A stretch of 64,000 nt of DNA, taken from Lama glama (taxonomy: Eukaryota). Numbering within the stretch: the first letter of the stretch is position 1; every line of letters begins with the position of its first letter. Positions 1 through 13,640 of the stretch are shown piece after piece. The stretch covers positions 103,480,001 to 103,544,000 of the forward strand of contig CM052817.1 of assembly GCA_028534125.1 (NCBI GenBank), written 5' to 3'. The notes beneath the pieces were generated by a model. It searched no databases and was not told the DNA's origin. It saw only the letters and a program-made list of their open reading frames with translations. Position numbers and translations under genes: made by a program.

Positions 1-192
1 GTTTTTACCAGTTTGTATGCAGTAGTCATCAAGCGGCTCATGGTAGTTTTTCAAAATTGGCTTTAGGTAGGGAGTGGGTTTTCTTGCCTCTATTTGTGTA
101 ATGGATTTTGAAATTTTAGTTTAGTAGATTTGGCTGGGAGACATCATCCAGAAAGTGGTGATTACAGCTTGCTTCCTTTTTTCTGCACCCAG

Positions 193-339
193 GGTTCCTT
201 GGACCTCATCCAAAGTATCGAAGATGACCCCCTCCTGGACATCCAGCATCTCCCCCATCACTCGTTACATGCTCATTTTAGACCCAGATTCCACCCTCTT
301 CCTACGGTCATCATAGCAAACCTTCTCTTACTAATACAT
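193..339 (+). CDS. TMEM192: TMEM192 (lysosomal transmembrane protein 192) coding exon 2
   Basis: Pyrimidine tract plus CAG acceptor ending at 192; GTAAGT donor at 340. 147 nt, phase 0. Encodes [49 protein letters not shown], matching the TMEM192 N-terminus. Confidence 0.96.
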
Positions 340-762
340 GTAAGTTGGTTGGAAGAAAGTGATCCATCCAGAGGTGACGTTTTTAAAAAATGTGTAAGCT
401 CTTCAGAGAGCAGTTTGGCTATATCTATCAACACTTAAAGTGTGCATATTGTTTTACTCCAATACTGTCTTCAAAGAATTTATTGTAGACATACCTGTGC
501 ACACGTGAGGATACTGTTTATGACAGCAGTGCCGTCTGTGATGTGAGGAAACTGCAAGCTGCCACCATCCAGAGGATGCTCCTTACATCCCATCCACATG
601 AAGGAATGCGTATGCAGCGTTGAAAGAGGAACTTAGAAACCTGGGGTGGCTGTGTGTATATTGAGACTAGCCTTCACAATTGCATTGTTGAATGGAAAAA
701 AATGTAGTTCGCAGTGGTGTGCGCCTTTTAAAAGGGAGTCGAGAGGGCTGTTGTTTGCATAG

Positions 763-1690
763 GTGATATTGTGACTATGAGAAATAGATTTGGAAATTCA
801 GATGACTGAAATAGAGTTCTCATATCGGTTTGGTCTTTGTCCATGGTTCCCGGCTCGTAGCTCCCAAAGCCCTTGGAATTTCCTGAGGGATAAGAACAAT
901 GGGAGCATCTTTTGTTGTAATTTTTGGTCTCTAGTTCTCAGTTCCTGAGATCCCTTCAGAGTCAGAGGTGAAATGGGTGTCTTGATATTCATAACAACCC
1001 CTCCCCACCACTGCTGGGTTCATGTTAATGAGGTGGCTTTGAACAGCCCCTAAGGGTGGGGGCTGGTTGCCTGGGGAACCAACTAGAAATAGAGGATTGC
1101 AGCTTTCAGCCCCACCCCCTGACCTCTGAGGAGGGGACAGAGTCTGGAGATTGGAGCAACCACCAGTGATCGGTGATTTAATCAACCGGGCCTATGTAGT
1201 GGAACCTCCATAAAGTCCCAAAGGAGGGGTTCAGAGAGCGCAGGCTGGGGAGCCAGAAACCTTGTTGTGAACCACCCTGTTGGGCCCCAAACTCCACGAG
1301 GACAGAAGCTCCTGTGTTTGGGACCTGGCCCAAGGCATCTCTTCATCGGGCTGTTGATTTGTAATCTTTAATATTGTTTGTACAAAGCTGGTGATCTAGT
1401 GAGTAAACAAGTTTCCTGAGTTCTGTGAGCCCCTCTAGCAAATGAATTGAACCCAAGGAGGAGTTGGTGGGAACCTTTGATTTGTAACTGGTTGGTAAGA
1501 AGCACTGGAACAACTTGGACTGGGAATTAGCATCAGACGTGGGGGCAGTCTTGTGGGACTGAGCGTGTAACCCCTGGGATCTACCCCAGGTAGATCGTGT
1601 CAGAATTGAGTTGAATTGTGGGGCACCCAGCTGATGTCAGAGCATTGTCCCCCCCAGCCTCCCCAGCACGTTGGAATTGGTACTAGAAAC
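763..1690 (+). mobile_element. MER21-like solo LTR
   Basis: Starts gtgatattgtga and contains ctcccaaagcccttggaatttcctgag. Related copies at about 23185-23310 and, inverted, 50045-50830. Confidence 0.75.
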
Positions 1691-2044
1691 TTAACATGTA
1701 TTCCTTTATTCTGTAATGGAATATTTCCAGACGCGTTCACAAGACCCTTTGGATACTAGTTGCACTGCGGGCCTCAGTGGAAGGGACACCTAGTATATTT
1801 TACTGTTTACTTTTTTGGACTATTTGAAAAACAAATGTTTAACCCTATGCATGTATTACTTTTTCAGTCATAAAAACAGAAAAGATACAGATAAATCTAT
1901 ATATGTTGACACAAAAGTTTATCAATTTATCTACACACCTAGGAAATAATGTGAAGCAGAGAAATCAGTTTACAGAAGAATAAGTATGATGTTGCCCCAT
2001 GTTTTATATACAAAATTACAAATGCCTGGGCATTTTCCAAAACA

Positions 2045-2325
2045 GATATAGTGACTACTAGGTGAATAAATCCTGGAGATCTAGTGCACAGCATAATTAT
2101 AGTCAACACTTCAGTATTATAAATTCGAAGTTGCTAGGAGACTAGGTATCTTAATTGTTCTCCCCACAAAAAAAGAGATGGTAATCATGTGGCATGGTAG
2201 AGGTGTTGGCTAAAGCAGTATATGAATGTTTCAGATCAACCCGGTGTACACTTGAAAGTTACACAATGTTATATGTCAGTTATATTCCAATAAAAATAAG
2301 CAAACAAATAAATAAATACATAAAT
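2045..2325 (+). mobile_element. L1 3' end fragment
   Basis: L1MA-type 3'UTR (tgtacacttgaaagttacacaatgttatatgtcagttatat) with A-rich tail. Confidence 0.75.
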
Positions 2326-2373
2326 TCAGCATCATAAAAACAAAGCAAAACACATGTATGAATGGTTTGCAGG

Positions 2374-2411
2374 CTTTTTGGTGGCTCTGCTCCTTTTTGG
2401 TGGCTCTGCTC
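2374..2411. repeat. 19-bp tandem duplication
   Basis: ctttttggtggctctgctc twice. Confidence 0.9.
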
Positions 2412-3371
2412 CATGTCTGTTCACTGTTTCCTCCATTTCAGTTATTGCAATCTCGGGCACTAGCGGGCTGTAGTCATTTGTTCTTTGCTGCAATGTGAAA
2501 AATCGAAAGAGAGCAAATTCTCCTTGGGTGTTCATGAGGTGGGTGGGTGTGGCTGGGGGTCTGCCCCAGCTGCTGCTCCAGTAAGTGCACCGAGGGAGAC
2601 TTGAACTCAGAACCGAGTACACTGGGAGGTGCACCTGCTTTCTGCGTGTGGACCTAGTAAGTGGCCTGGTTCTGCCATGCCTTCCTGATCCCCAGGTACA
2701 CCTGAAATGCTTCCTTTCTGGTTCCTTTTTGTATACTTTGTATAACATACTTTGTGTATGACACACACACATCACTAACAAAAAACATTGTATATTAGAT
2801 CACCTGCCTTTGATACTATGGGAGTGATTGTCCTAATTTTGGAACTAAGAAAGTCTGAAGTGTTAAAGAGCAATAAAAATGAATGTCTTTATATGCTACT
2901 CTACATAAAATGGATCAGTTGGGTTCAATGTACAGCATATTATAGTAGGGGGAACATGTTGACTTTTCCACTTTTTACTTTATGATGTCAGCATCCTGAG
3001 TTGCCATAGCAAATATTACTGCTCTTGAAGAATCACATGTATTTTTAAAAGATTTATTACATAATAAGATTGGTGCTTGATGGTGGATGCTAATGACAGC
3101 ATTTAAATTTTTCTTTATTTGATTTTTTTAAAGTACAGAATAATACTTATTGTAACAAGTGAAATATTACCAAACTACGCAAAGATATAATCTTCCCTTC
3201 TCTTTGCTTCAGCCCTTCTCCCTGAGTTCATAAATCAGGTCAGTTTGTTGTATCTCTTTCCATGTCATTTGTTAAGTTCATACATGTATGTACAAAAAGA
3301 TAAACATATTATAAAAGGATGTCCCCCACTTCCCCCGCAAATTGAATAATATGGTATTTATTACTTGATAG

Positions 3372-3528
3372 CAGTGTTTCTCAGACTTGAACATTCATCA
3401 GACTCCCTGGCAGGCTTATTAAACTACAGATTGCTGTAAACCCCAGAGGTTTTGATTCTGTGTGTCTGGGGTAGGGCCCGAGCATTTGCATTTCTAACTG
3501 ATCTGGAGACCACACTTTGAACTAGCAC
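3372..3528. mobile_element. MER5A-like hAT-Charlie DNA transposon
   Basis: cagtgtttctca...atttgcatttctaac...gaccacactttga. A second fragment lies at about 39105-39230. Confidence 0.75.
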
Positions 3529-5228
3529 TTTTTTTTTTAATTGAAGTATAGTTGATTTACAATGTTGTATTGGTTTCTGGTGTACAGCATAGTGAATCAA
3601 TTATAGATATATATATATTCTGTTTCATTATGTTATTATAAGCTATTAAATATAGTTCCCTGGGCTGTATGGTAGGAACTTGTTGTTTATCTATTTTATA
3701 TATAGTACTTTGTATCTGCAGATCTCAAATTCCTAATTTATCCCTCCCCTCTTTTCCCCTTTGGTAACCATAAGTTTGCTTTCTATGTCTGCAAGTCTGT
3801 TTCTGTTTTGTAAATAAGTTCATTGGTGTCACTTTTTTTTAGATTCTGCATATAAGTGATATATATTTGTCTTTCTCTGTGTGACTTCACTTAGTATGAT
3901 AGGTCCACCCATATTGCTGCAAGTGGCATTATTTTTTATGTCTGAATAATATTCCCTTGTGTATATATACTGCATCTTCTTTATCCAATCATCTACTGAT
4001 GGACATTTAGGTTGCTTCTGTGTCCTGACTATTGCAAATAGTGCTGCTATGAACATTAGGGTGCATGTATCTTTTCAAGTTAGAGTTTTCTCACATATTT
4101 GCCCAGGTGTGGGATTGCTGGATCATAGTGTACGTCTATTTTCAGTTTTTTAAGGAATCTCCATACTGTCTTCCATAATGGCTGCACCAAACTACATTCC
4201 CACCAGCAGTGTAGGAGGGTTCCCTTGTCTCCACACCTTCTCCAGCATTTATCATTCATGGACTTTTGAATAATGGCCATTCTGACGGGTGTGAGTTGAT
4301 AGCTCATTGTAGTTTTGATTTGCTTTTCTCTGATAATTAGTGATGTAGAGCATGTTTTCATGTGCTTGATGGCCATCTATATGTCTTCTTTGGAAAAATG
4401 TCTATTCAGGTCTTCTGCCTATTTTTCGATTGGATTGTTTGTTTTTTGTTATTAAGTTGTATGAAATGTTTATATATTCTGGAAGTTAAGCCCTTGACAG
4501 TTGCATCATTTGCAGATATCTTCTCCCAGTCCGTAGGTTGTCTTTTTGCTTGTTTATGGTTTGCTTTGCTGTGCAAAAGTTTATAAATTTAAATAGGTCC
4601 CATCTGTTTATTTTTACTTTTATTTCCATTGCCTTGGTAGACTGATCTAGGAAAACGTTGCTACAATTACGTCAGACAATGTTTTGCCTATGTTCTTTTC
4701 TAGGAGTTTTGTGGTGTCTTGTCTCATGTTTAAGTCTTCAAGCCATTTTGAGTTTATTTTTGTGTATGGAGTGAGAGAGTATTCTGACTTCATTGATTTA
4801 CATGTGACTATCCAACTTTCCCAACACCACTTGCTGAAGAGAATGTCTTTTCTCCATCGTATATTCTTGCCTCCTTTGTTGAAGATTAATTGACCATACG
4901 TGTGTGGGTTTATTTTGGGGCTCTCTATTCTGTGCCTTTGATCCAAATGTATGTCTGTTTTTGTGCCAATACCATGCTGTTTTGATTACTATAGCTTTGT
5001 AATTTTGTGTGAAGTCTGGGAAGGTTATTCCTCCAGTTTTGTTCTTTTTCTTCAGTATTGCTTTGGCATTTCTGGGTTTTTGTGATTCCATATAAATTTT
5101 AGGATTACTTGTTCTGGTTCTGTGAAAAATGTCCTGGGTAGTTTAATAGGGATGGCATTAAATCTGTAGATTGCTTTGGGTAGTATGGCCATTTTAACAA
5201 CATTAATTCTTCCAATCCAAGAACATGG
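3529..5228 (-). mobile_element. 5'-truncated LINE-1 (ORF2 C-terminus plus 3'UTR) in TMEM192 intron 2
   Basis: Minus ORFs 3829-5091 translate to L1 ORF2 pieces ([42 protein letters not shown]). Poly-T at about 3529-3538. Imperfect TSD tgaactagcacttt / tgaactactacttt. Confidence 0.95.
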
Positions 5229-6000
5229 TGAACTACTACTTTACAACTTAGAACTTTTAATTTTAACATGTCATAGACACCCACCCAAACTAATACATAG
5301 AGCTGTAGGTAATTCTTTTATAGGTGAATAATATTCTGTTATATGAGTGGCTGTGCACGCATATACTTGGGCAGTTTTCCATTTTTGCAAATATAGAGAA
5401 TATGTATTTATATCTATATATCCTAGGTACTGTTACTTTTACTTCTGAGGGCTAGGGTCCGTCGGGGATTTCTAGGTCAAGATCATTTCCAAATTATCTT
5501 GAAACTGAAAGAGCAGTTCCCAAGCCAGTCAGCAACATATGAGAATGTCTGTTTGTACAGATTTTGGCACCAATCTTCTAAATTTTTGTCAATCTAATTG
5601 GATAGCTATTCTTTTTCTCTTGAAAATGAAACTAGAAAAAAATTTTAATTCAGTATTTTACTTAGTTACATTTGAGGCTCAAAATTTACTGTTTTTACTC
5701 TTTTTAATAACAGAGAAGTGGGCAGGAAACTGTGTTTAACATTAAGACTCATCTCAGTTAGATGAGACTTGGGGTGATTTTTATTTCTTACTTGTGATTT
5801 TATCTGTTTCCAGGATTTTCTGCAAATTTTTTCCCCAGATTTTCTGGGGAAGTTGGTAAAAATGGGAAAAAAAATTTTTTTTAAACTCATAAAAATAGGA
5901 CAGTGAAAGTCATAGGTATTAGAATATGTGCTGGGATGGTGATTATTGTTTCTTAAATCCAAATATTGAATATTAATTCTACTGCTTTCCTTTCCACCAG

Positions 6001-6265
6001 GTTGTGTTTGTTGTTTTAGCGTTTTTAACAGGCGTGCTTTGTTCTTACCCCAATCCAAACGAGGACAAGTGCCCAGGAAACTATACCAACCCACTGAAAG
6101 TTCAGACGGTCATAATCCTGGGAAAAGTTATTTTGTGGATTCTGCATTTCCTTCTTGAACGATACATCCAGTATCACCACAGCAAAGTAAGAAACAGAGG
6201 CTATAACAAGATCTACCGGTCGACGAGGCATCTTAAAAGCCTTGCACTGATGATACACTCAACTG
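6001..6265 (+). CDS. TMEM192: TMEM192 coding exon 3
   Basis: tttcctttccaccag acceptor ending at 6000; G|GTAAG donor at 6266. 265 nt. Encodes [35 protein letters not shown]...[10 protein letters not shown]. Confidence 0.97.
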
Positions 6266-6478
6266 GTAAGCTCCCCACCTCCCCCTTCCCAGTCTCTCTT
6301 GGCTATCCCGTGGCTTGCTTGAGTAGCAAGAATAGCAGCAGAAAGAAAATGTTAAGTTTGATTTTATAATCAGATATATTCTCTCATTTTTGTGCGAGTG
6401 AGGTGGCCTCTAAAATTTGGATCACCTTAATGTCTCGAAGCTTTTCTGATACTTTCCTTTGAAATCTGTGTTGGTTAT

Positions 6479-7020
6479 TGTAGCAGAGGGAAAATAGCAT
6501 TCCCTCTACCCTTCTAGGTTCTTGGCTGAGATTCCACTGTAATAAAAGACAGATTAACAGGAGAAAAACAGCAGATGTTTAATAACATGAATACTTCTTT
6601 TATACAGAGAACAGACCCAGGAAAACCGAGTAATTCCCTGAAATGGCCTAAGCCATCACCTTAAATATCATTTTCAGCTAAAGACAGAAGGAGGATGTTG
6701 GGAAGGGGCAATTATGGGAAGTTTTGAGGAAAAGCACAGTAAACAAGAGTAAGGGTGTTATGCAGATTTAAGTCCTTGCCTTCTCCATTGATGAGAGTGT
6801 CTAGAGATTTAGAGTCACCCTCCTCTTCCTGGTATAGAGAGGGAGACACCCTTACAAGTGGAGAGTTCCTTTATAAGTGTAAATCTCTCTCACAAAAGAT
6901 GACTCCTTTTCAGTTTTCAGAGATTCATCTGTGTCTGATGTTTCTTAAAACCAATCAGCTTAAAATAATCCTAATGCCAAAGAGGCGTATCTTGGGCTGG
7001 CGTTTCCTGCTCGTGTTCAT
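6479..7020 (-). mobile_element. ERV1-class solo LTR (MER34/MER39-like)
   Basis: Shares ttccctctaccc...aataaaagacagattaacaggagaa with copies at about 18773-19195, 42255-42780, 43030-43190 and 52820-53290. Confidence 0.65.
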
Positions 7021-8512
7021 TGTGAGCATGGTGCTCATGTATCCCTGTGTGAAATGTGGGCTTTCCCCTCCCTTGGTACCAGCAGGCTTTTCCATCTCAA
7101 GGAGATAGAAAACTATTGCTACGTATACTTGTAGGGTAAGAGGGAATTTAAATGAAACTCAGTGTTTTTCTTGCAATAAGAGAGCAACTATTATAAGATG
7201 TTATAAAATGGAAAACCTGAAAAACAGTTTCTGAAGGCAAGGTCAGAAAGTTTGTCCAGGACTTAGAATGCTCATGTGCCTGCTTTTCTTTATTGCTGCA
7301 GACATTGTAAAGGCTTCATGGAATTAAACTGAACTTCTTCAGATATTTTTGCCTTATAGTCAACGTTTTCACCTTTTAAAAAAACCCTCCTTGTCAATTT
7401 GAGTCTAGAGTAAATAGTTGAACATTCCAAAACCAAATTAGAAATTAATTTTTCTCCATTAAAACAGAACTACATAATTTAATGTTTTTTCCTGTGTTCT
7501 GGTAGTGCATTTTCTTAAAGGCAGACCGTGAGTTCATCCACTTAGTGAGCTTCTCAATGGGAGCGGGAGGGCCGACCAGCAGCAGAGGAAGAAGCCGTGT
7601 AGAGGGATGGACGCATCTCCCAGGGGGCAGCGGCCTTCACCTCCAAGAGGAGGAGGGGCGGTTTCTGACATGCCACCGCTCACATGCAGTACTTGTTTTT
7701 GGCCAGAAGGTGTTACTATAACCTTTCCTCCCCCAACAAAGAGAAAATAGGAAGCCTATTTGTACACTGACCAAAATGATGTTCAGTTTCTCCAGTGATG
7801 GTCTGGAAGTAGTATTTCTGAGGCCCAACGAGAGATTGTCTGATCTTTTCCTGTCCTCTGACTTTCAAATTCTTGCTACACATGTGACCCTTAATCACAG
7901 TCTTTCCAAACAATTGAACCCTTAGTTTAACCACAGATGGCATCACTTTTACGTCACTCATACAAGGACCCAGGATATCAAAGACCTTTTCTTTGACAGT
8001 CTTTAGAGTAAAAGTGCAGAATGAGGTTAAAATGGTCTTCAAAAATAACAGATATGCTGCACAGGAGGGAGATGGCTCGTATTTATTGGGTACTTCCAGG
8101 CCGGGCACCACTCTTAAGTATTTTTCACGTATTAACTCTTACTCCTCACAGCAGTCCTGTGAGGAAGGTACTGTTACTCTCCTTTTCAGGCAAGGATTGG
8201 AGGAGTGGAGGTGTCAGGGCATCTGTCCAAGACCAGCAGCACCTCCAGGGTGTTTTCCTGGATCCCTGATGCGCTGCCCGACCAGAAGGGACCACTGGGT
8301 CCTCCTTGAAGGTCACTCCTTGGTTTTTAAGAAAGTCCAGATTATTATGTGCTCGTGTTAGGGGGCATCATTTGTTCTTGGCCATGCTGGTTTCCATCGC
8401 CTCTCTCCCTTCGTCACGGATGTGACGGGGTGGGTGCTTGTGGCGCGGGCTCCGGGGACACTGACACCCACACCCGCACCAGCACCCGCACCGACTGGCT
8501 TTCCTCCCGCAG

Positions 8513-8647
8513 GCAACGCGGCGCTCCTCCTCGTCCTCTGCCTGCAGCACTCCTTCCCCGAGCTGGGCACTCTCTACCTGGACCTCATTCTGGCCATCCT
8601 GGCCCTGGAGCTGCTCTGTTCCCTGGCGTGTCTGCTCGTGTACACAG
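8513..8647 (+). CDS. TMEM192: TMEM192 coding exon 4
   Basis: ttcctcccgcag acceptor; CAG|GTGAG donor. 135 nt, phase 1 to 1. Encodes [45 protein letters not shown]. Confidence 0.96.
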
Positions 8648-9544
8648 GTGAGAATCGCACGGAGCCTGTTCTGATCCAGAAAGGCCTTTACTGCTGGTCG
8701 CAGCCCCACTTGAAGCCCCGCCATCACCTTTCTGGCTGGAAGAACTTACTACCTGACCCAGACCCTACTGAGCACTCATCTCTCTCCTTGCTGAGCACAT
8801 CCAGACTCCCCTAATTTCAAACCACCAGGAACTTACCATCGAGTCACAGTTCCAAAGCTGTGTCATCGACAAAGTTTTGTCAATGAGAATGACAAAAGCT
8901 TTTCATAAAAAAAGAAAATGAACAAAAAGATTCACACACAGCATTGTAAAATGATTATAAATCAATAAAAAATGTTAAAAAAAAAAGAGTCACAAACTTT
9001 TGCATCCTCAAAAGGCAACTGAGACATAAGTCTGGCTTTAAAATATAAAAGTAACAAAATATAAAACAAAAAAATAATACATGCAAAACTGCATTTAGCC
9101 CAAACTTGCTTTGGATAAACCATTTAAGAAGCTCCTTCTTTCTAAATTTAGAGCTGTCTGAAGATTGGTGTTTGTGCCCCTCTCAAAACTCTCAGTGGTA
9201 AAATTAAGTAAGCTTCAAATATATTAACATGAAAAATAGATAGAAGGCTACTTTAAAAGAAAACAATCCAGGCCCAGAAGAAATCAGGATTTCATTCCTG
9301 CTGCAATATTGACATGCACTAAAATCTTTAATAGCACCTGATTTGGTGGCATTGAGCAATAGTTGTTTTGTGACAATAAAGTACTTTATCTGTCCATTTT
9401 GAAAGATCATTTCCCTTATGAAGGGAAAGGGACATGGGCCAAAACTTGTGTTTCATTTTACTAATGTTTTTGTGCTTCTTTTGAGGACTAAAGTATTTAG
9501 AATATGAATGGAGTGACTAGTTTTTAAATCAGTAATGTCACGCC

Positions 9545-10388
9545 TTTTTTTTAATTGAGGTATAATTGACATGCAACATTATGTTTCAGGTGTACAACAT
9601 AATGATTTGAAAATGTGTTTATATTGTGAAATGACCATCACAATAAGTCTAGTTAATGTTGTCACCATAATCACAGAATTATTTTCTTGTGATGAGAGCT
9701 TTTTAAGATGTACTCTCTTTACAACTTTCAAATATACAATATAGTTTTATTAACTATAGCCACCATGCTGAACATCACATCCCTGGGACTAACTTATGTT
9801 ATAAAGAGAAGTTTGTACCTTTTGACTGTCTTTACCTATGTTGCCCAGTCCCACCCCCCTACCTCTGGTAACCACCAGTCTGTTCCCTGTATGGATGAAC
9901 TTAAGTTTTTTTTGTTTTTAAAGTCCACACATAAGTGAGATGGTCTATGAGCTTGGTTTTTTTGTTTGTTTTTAGATGCTGCATCTAAGTGAGATCATAC
10001 AGTCTTTGTCTTCCTCTGACTTATTTTACTTAGCATAATGCTCTCAAGGTCCATCCGTGTTGTCACAAATGGCAAGATTTCATTCTTTTTATGGTTGAAT
10101 AATATCCCATTGTACGCTCGCGCACAGACACACGCAACATCATCTTTATCCATCAGTTTATCTTGAACACTTAGGTTGTCTCCATATCTTGGTTATTGTA
10201 AATAATAACTACAATGAGCATGGAAGTGCAGATATCTTTCCCAATTAAGTGTTTATATTTTCTTCAGATGAATATCCAGAAGTAGAATTGCTGGATCACA
10301 TGGTAGTTGTATTTTTAATTTTTTGAGGAACCTCCATACTGTTCTCCATGGTGGCTGCACCAATTTACATTCTCACCCACAGTGCACT
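9545..10388 (-). mobile_element. LINE-1 3' fragment
   Basis: Poly-T followed by reversed L1 3'UTR and ORF2 end (gaggaacctccatactgtt...gctgcaccaatttacattc). Confidence 0.9.
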
Positions 10389-10852
10389 TTAGTTTTAAAG
10401 TAAGGTTACTTTCTTAGCGTACAAGAAACAGCTCAATACTTCAGTAACGTGAGCCATGTGTCAGAATGAACACCGAGTTATCTTGTTGACTGAAGTCAGC
10501 TCCAGCCTGTGACATATCTGTCAAGAGTTGTAAACGGGGGTTCCAGTTTAGGTCTGAGTGTGGGGTTTATCTAGCATATTATTTTATAGTATCTCTAGAA
10601 ATTTATTTACTGCAAGGAATGCAAGCCCTTTGTAAAGTATCAGGTGGGTACTGTTTAAAAAGAATTTTCTTTAATATGTATATGTGCTCTAAGACACAGA
10701 AGGCAGTGACAACTATATTCCAAAGATCATGTGAATGTCATCATGTAAATAAGGGGAAATTAATACAGTTAATATGTAGTCTAAGATTTTTCTCTCTAGG
10801 ATTTACTCTTTTATTTAGAGGATTTACTGTAACATTTAAAATTAATTATACA

Positions 10853-10978
10853 GGGGGGAGGGTATAGCTCAGGGGTAGAGTGCGTGCTTATGCTTGAGGC
10901 CCTGGGTTCAGTCCCCAGTACCTCCATTAGTAAAAATAAATAAATACAAACCTAATTACCTCCCCCCAAAATAAAATT
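10853..10978 (+). mobile_element. tRNA-derived SINE (Vic-1-like, camelid)
   Basis: ggggagggtatagctcag (A box)...gggttcagtcccc (B box)...taaataaatacaaacctaattacctcccccc. 13-bp TSD aaattaattatac at 10839-10851 and 10979-10991. Confidence 0.9.
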
Positions 10979-11494
10979 AAATTAATTATACTACAAATAA
11001 GATAGTAATGTTAAAAACAAAAGAACAGAAACCTGAGACCATTTAAAAGGAAATAGGGGAAGCAGATGTTCCAGGATTCCTGAGGGGAACTAATTTTTAC
11101 ATTTGGGCACAAATATATTATTAGCTCCATGACACCTAAACTGTTTTAATCCATTGTCTTCCTTATTAAAATGAATTGCTTTGGTCTGTAGTCAAAGACT
11201 TATTAGAAGCATATTTCACCCTTATTCATAATAATTAAAAATGTTTTATCTGAATAAAGTACAGCATTAAACATTGTCTTTTTATGAAGATAAACATTGA
11301 AAATAGTAGAACTTGTGAATATGGCTGCATATGTTCTTCTGGAGCCAAAAATTACCCAAATAAGTGGGAACATGAAAAAAAAAAACCCTCTTTAAATCTC
11401 ATATTGACATGCTTCCTACTTTAAGAAAACCTGATAATTGGTAATTCAGGTTTATAAAATAAATAGATGATTTACATAGGAAAGGTTTTAGTTT

Positions 11495-11970
11495 TTAATT
11501 TTATTGACATATAGTCAGTTTACAATGTCATGTCAATTTCTGGTGTACAGCACAATGCTTCAGTCATATAGGAACACGCATATATTCATTTTCACATTCT
11601 TTGTAACCATAAGTTACTACAAAATATTGAATGTAGTTCCCTGTGCTATACAGTATACGATTGTTGTTTATCTGTTTTATATGTAGTAGTTAGCATCTGC
11701 AAATCTGGAACTCCCAAATTATCCCTTCCCATCCTCTACCCCCCCAACCATAAGTTTGTTTTCTATATCTGTGAGTCTGTTTCTGTTTTGTAAATAAGTT
11801 CGTTTGTTTTTTCATTTTTTCTTTCTTTCTTTCTTTTTTTCTTAGATTCCACATATAAGTGATACCATGTGGTATTTTTCTTTCTCTTTCTGGCTTCACT
11901 TTCACATTCTCCAGGTCGATCCATGTTGCTGCAAATGGCATTATTTTATTATTTTTTATGGATGAGTAGT
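11495..11970 (-). mobile_element. LINE-1 3' end
   Basis: Minus ORF MPFAATWIDLE is the ORF2 terminus, followed by a 3'UTR similar to 3540-3950. Confidence 0.9.
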
Positions 11971-12429
11971 AGATTTTAGTTATTATAATAATTATAAATT
12001 TACTGGACTGAAGCCCTGGGACCCTGACTCCCTGGCTTCCCTCTCACTGCCTCTGCGCCCCAGCTCGTGGCCCCATCTTCTCTCTTGCTGAGCTCCCTCC
12101 GCCCGCATGGTGGCGCCCGCAGCCCAGTCCCCGTCTCCCATTGCATGGGAGCCTGGAGCCCGGGACATGCCCGCTGAGGGGCTTCTCATTTCCAGCTCTC
12201 TTGGCCACCACCTAAAAGTCAAGGGCTTCTCGTTACATCCCCTCACTTCGGTCTTCCCACATCTTATGGCCTCCTTCCTCCTAGTCCTTTCTGATGAACC
12301 CCCTGTGTATCTCTAAACCTCACATTTCTCTTCAACCTCTACTTGAGCTTCCTCAGCCTCCTTCTCAGCTGAGTCACTTCAGAGTCATCTGTGGGGCCTG
12401 GCAATTCCACGACAGGCTGAACATGTGGC

Positions 12430-12950
12430 TCAGCAGCCGCACTTCTGGGTACATGTCTGTCTACATCCGCACAAAGGTTCCAAACGGCGCCATCTATAGG
12501 AGCCAGAAGTGGAGACAACCTGAGTGGTGCTAGGATAAACTGACGACCAGACCAGCAAAACGTGTCCTGTCCGCGCAGTGGGTAGGATTCAGCCGAGAAG
12601 AGGGAGGAACAGAAGGACAGGTGTACTGACACGTGCAATGTGGATGAGCCTTGGAAACACTGTGCTCAGACTTTTAAAAAGCCAGTCATGAATATTGTAT
12701 GATCCCATGTGTATAAAATACCTAGAACACGCACACCTATAAAGAGGGTAGATTAGTGCTTGCCTGGTCCTGGGGGCGTGGTGCGTGGAGAATGACTGCT
12801 CCCGGGTACCGGGCTTCTTTCTAGGGTGACGAAATGTTTTACAGTTGATTGTGGGGATGGGCGCACAACTCTTAGAAGGTATCATTGAAATGTACTCTTT
12901 AAATGAATGCCATGGGAATTGTATCATACCTGAGTTATATCTCAAAGGTG
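12430..12950 (+). mobile_element. Old L1M 3' fragment
   Basis: tggatgagccttggaaacactgtgct...attagtgcttgcctgg...aattgtatcatacctgagttatatctcaa. Confidence 0.65.
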
Positions 12951-13324
12951 GTTACAAGAAAGGAAAGAATCATATGTGGAGTTTTGAAAAATAATGCGGG
13001 GAGGGCGTCTAACCTGCCCCCCACCCCCACCCGCATGCCAAATCCTCGACCCACTTGGAGCTGCACAGACCTGGAATTCTCAATCCTGCCTAGGGGAGGG
13101 GGGCAGTCACTGCCTTCACTGGGGCCTGGCTCAGCCCTTGTTTGTCATCTCTGCTGGCTATGTCCCGGGCTTGTGGTGCAGGTCGGGGAGAGCCCAGGCA
13201 GTGACTGTTACTCGGACATGCAGGTCATCCGGCTCTGACTGTCGTCAGATCTGCGAGGTGGGAAATTGCAGCCTTCGTGGTTTCTGCATATTTACCTCTT
13301 TGCAGCTGGCGTCTACCTATTTGC

Positions 13325-13640
13325 CTTGGCCTGCTGGCTCCGCGTGGCAAATACCCAGCCAGGGTGTCTACAACACTGATTTTCTCTCAGTTCGGGAAGC
13401 TGGAGTCTGAGATCAAGGGGCCTCAGGGCTGCTTTCTCCCGAGGCCTCTCTCTTGGCGAGTGGGCGCCGTGTTCTTGCTGTGTCCTCACATGGCCTTTGC
13501 TCTGTGCATCTTCGTTCCTGGTGTCTCTTCATCTATCAGATCGGCCTCCCCACCCACTCCTGCCAATTGCTCTGTTTAACTTTGATTACTTCTCTAAAGG
13601 TCCTGTCTGCGAGGATAGTCATTGAGTTAGGGCCTCATGT
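13325..13640 (-). mobile_element. MLT1 (MaLR) LTR
   Basis: ctctcagttcgggaagctggagtctgagatcaagg...tcttgctgtgtcctcacatgg. Confidence 0.7.

Noticed and set aside
130..438. Full ORF-track ORFs at 130-438, 6004-6369 and 8422-8814 as separate genes
   Set aside because: They are TMEM192 exons plus intronic read-through, and splice sites define the true limits.
3829..5091. Reverse-transcriptase or ORF2-related ORFs here and at 20-21 kb and 30-32 kb as a novel RT system
   Set aside because: Ordinary fragmented LINE-1 with stops and frameshifts.
10853..10925. tRNA gene-like sequences here and at other SINE copies
   Set aside because: A and B boxes are present, but they carry SINE tails and TSDs and occur as multiple diverged copies. 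They are retroposons, not tRNA genes.
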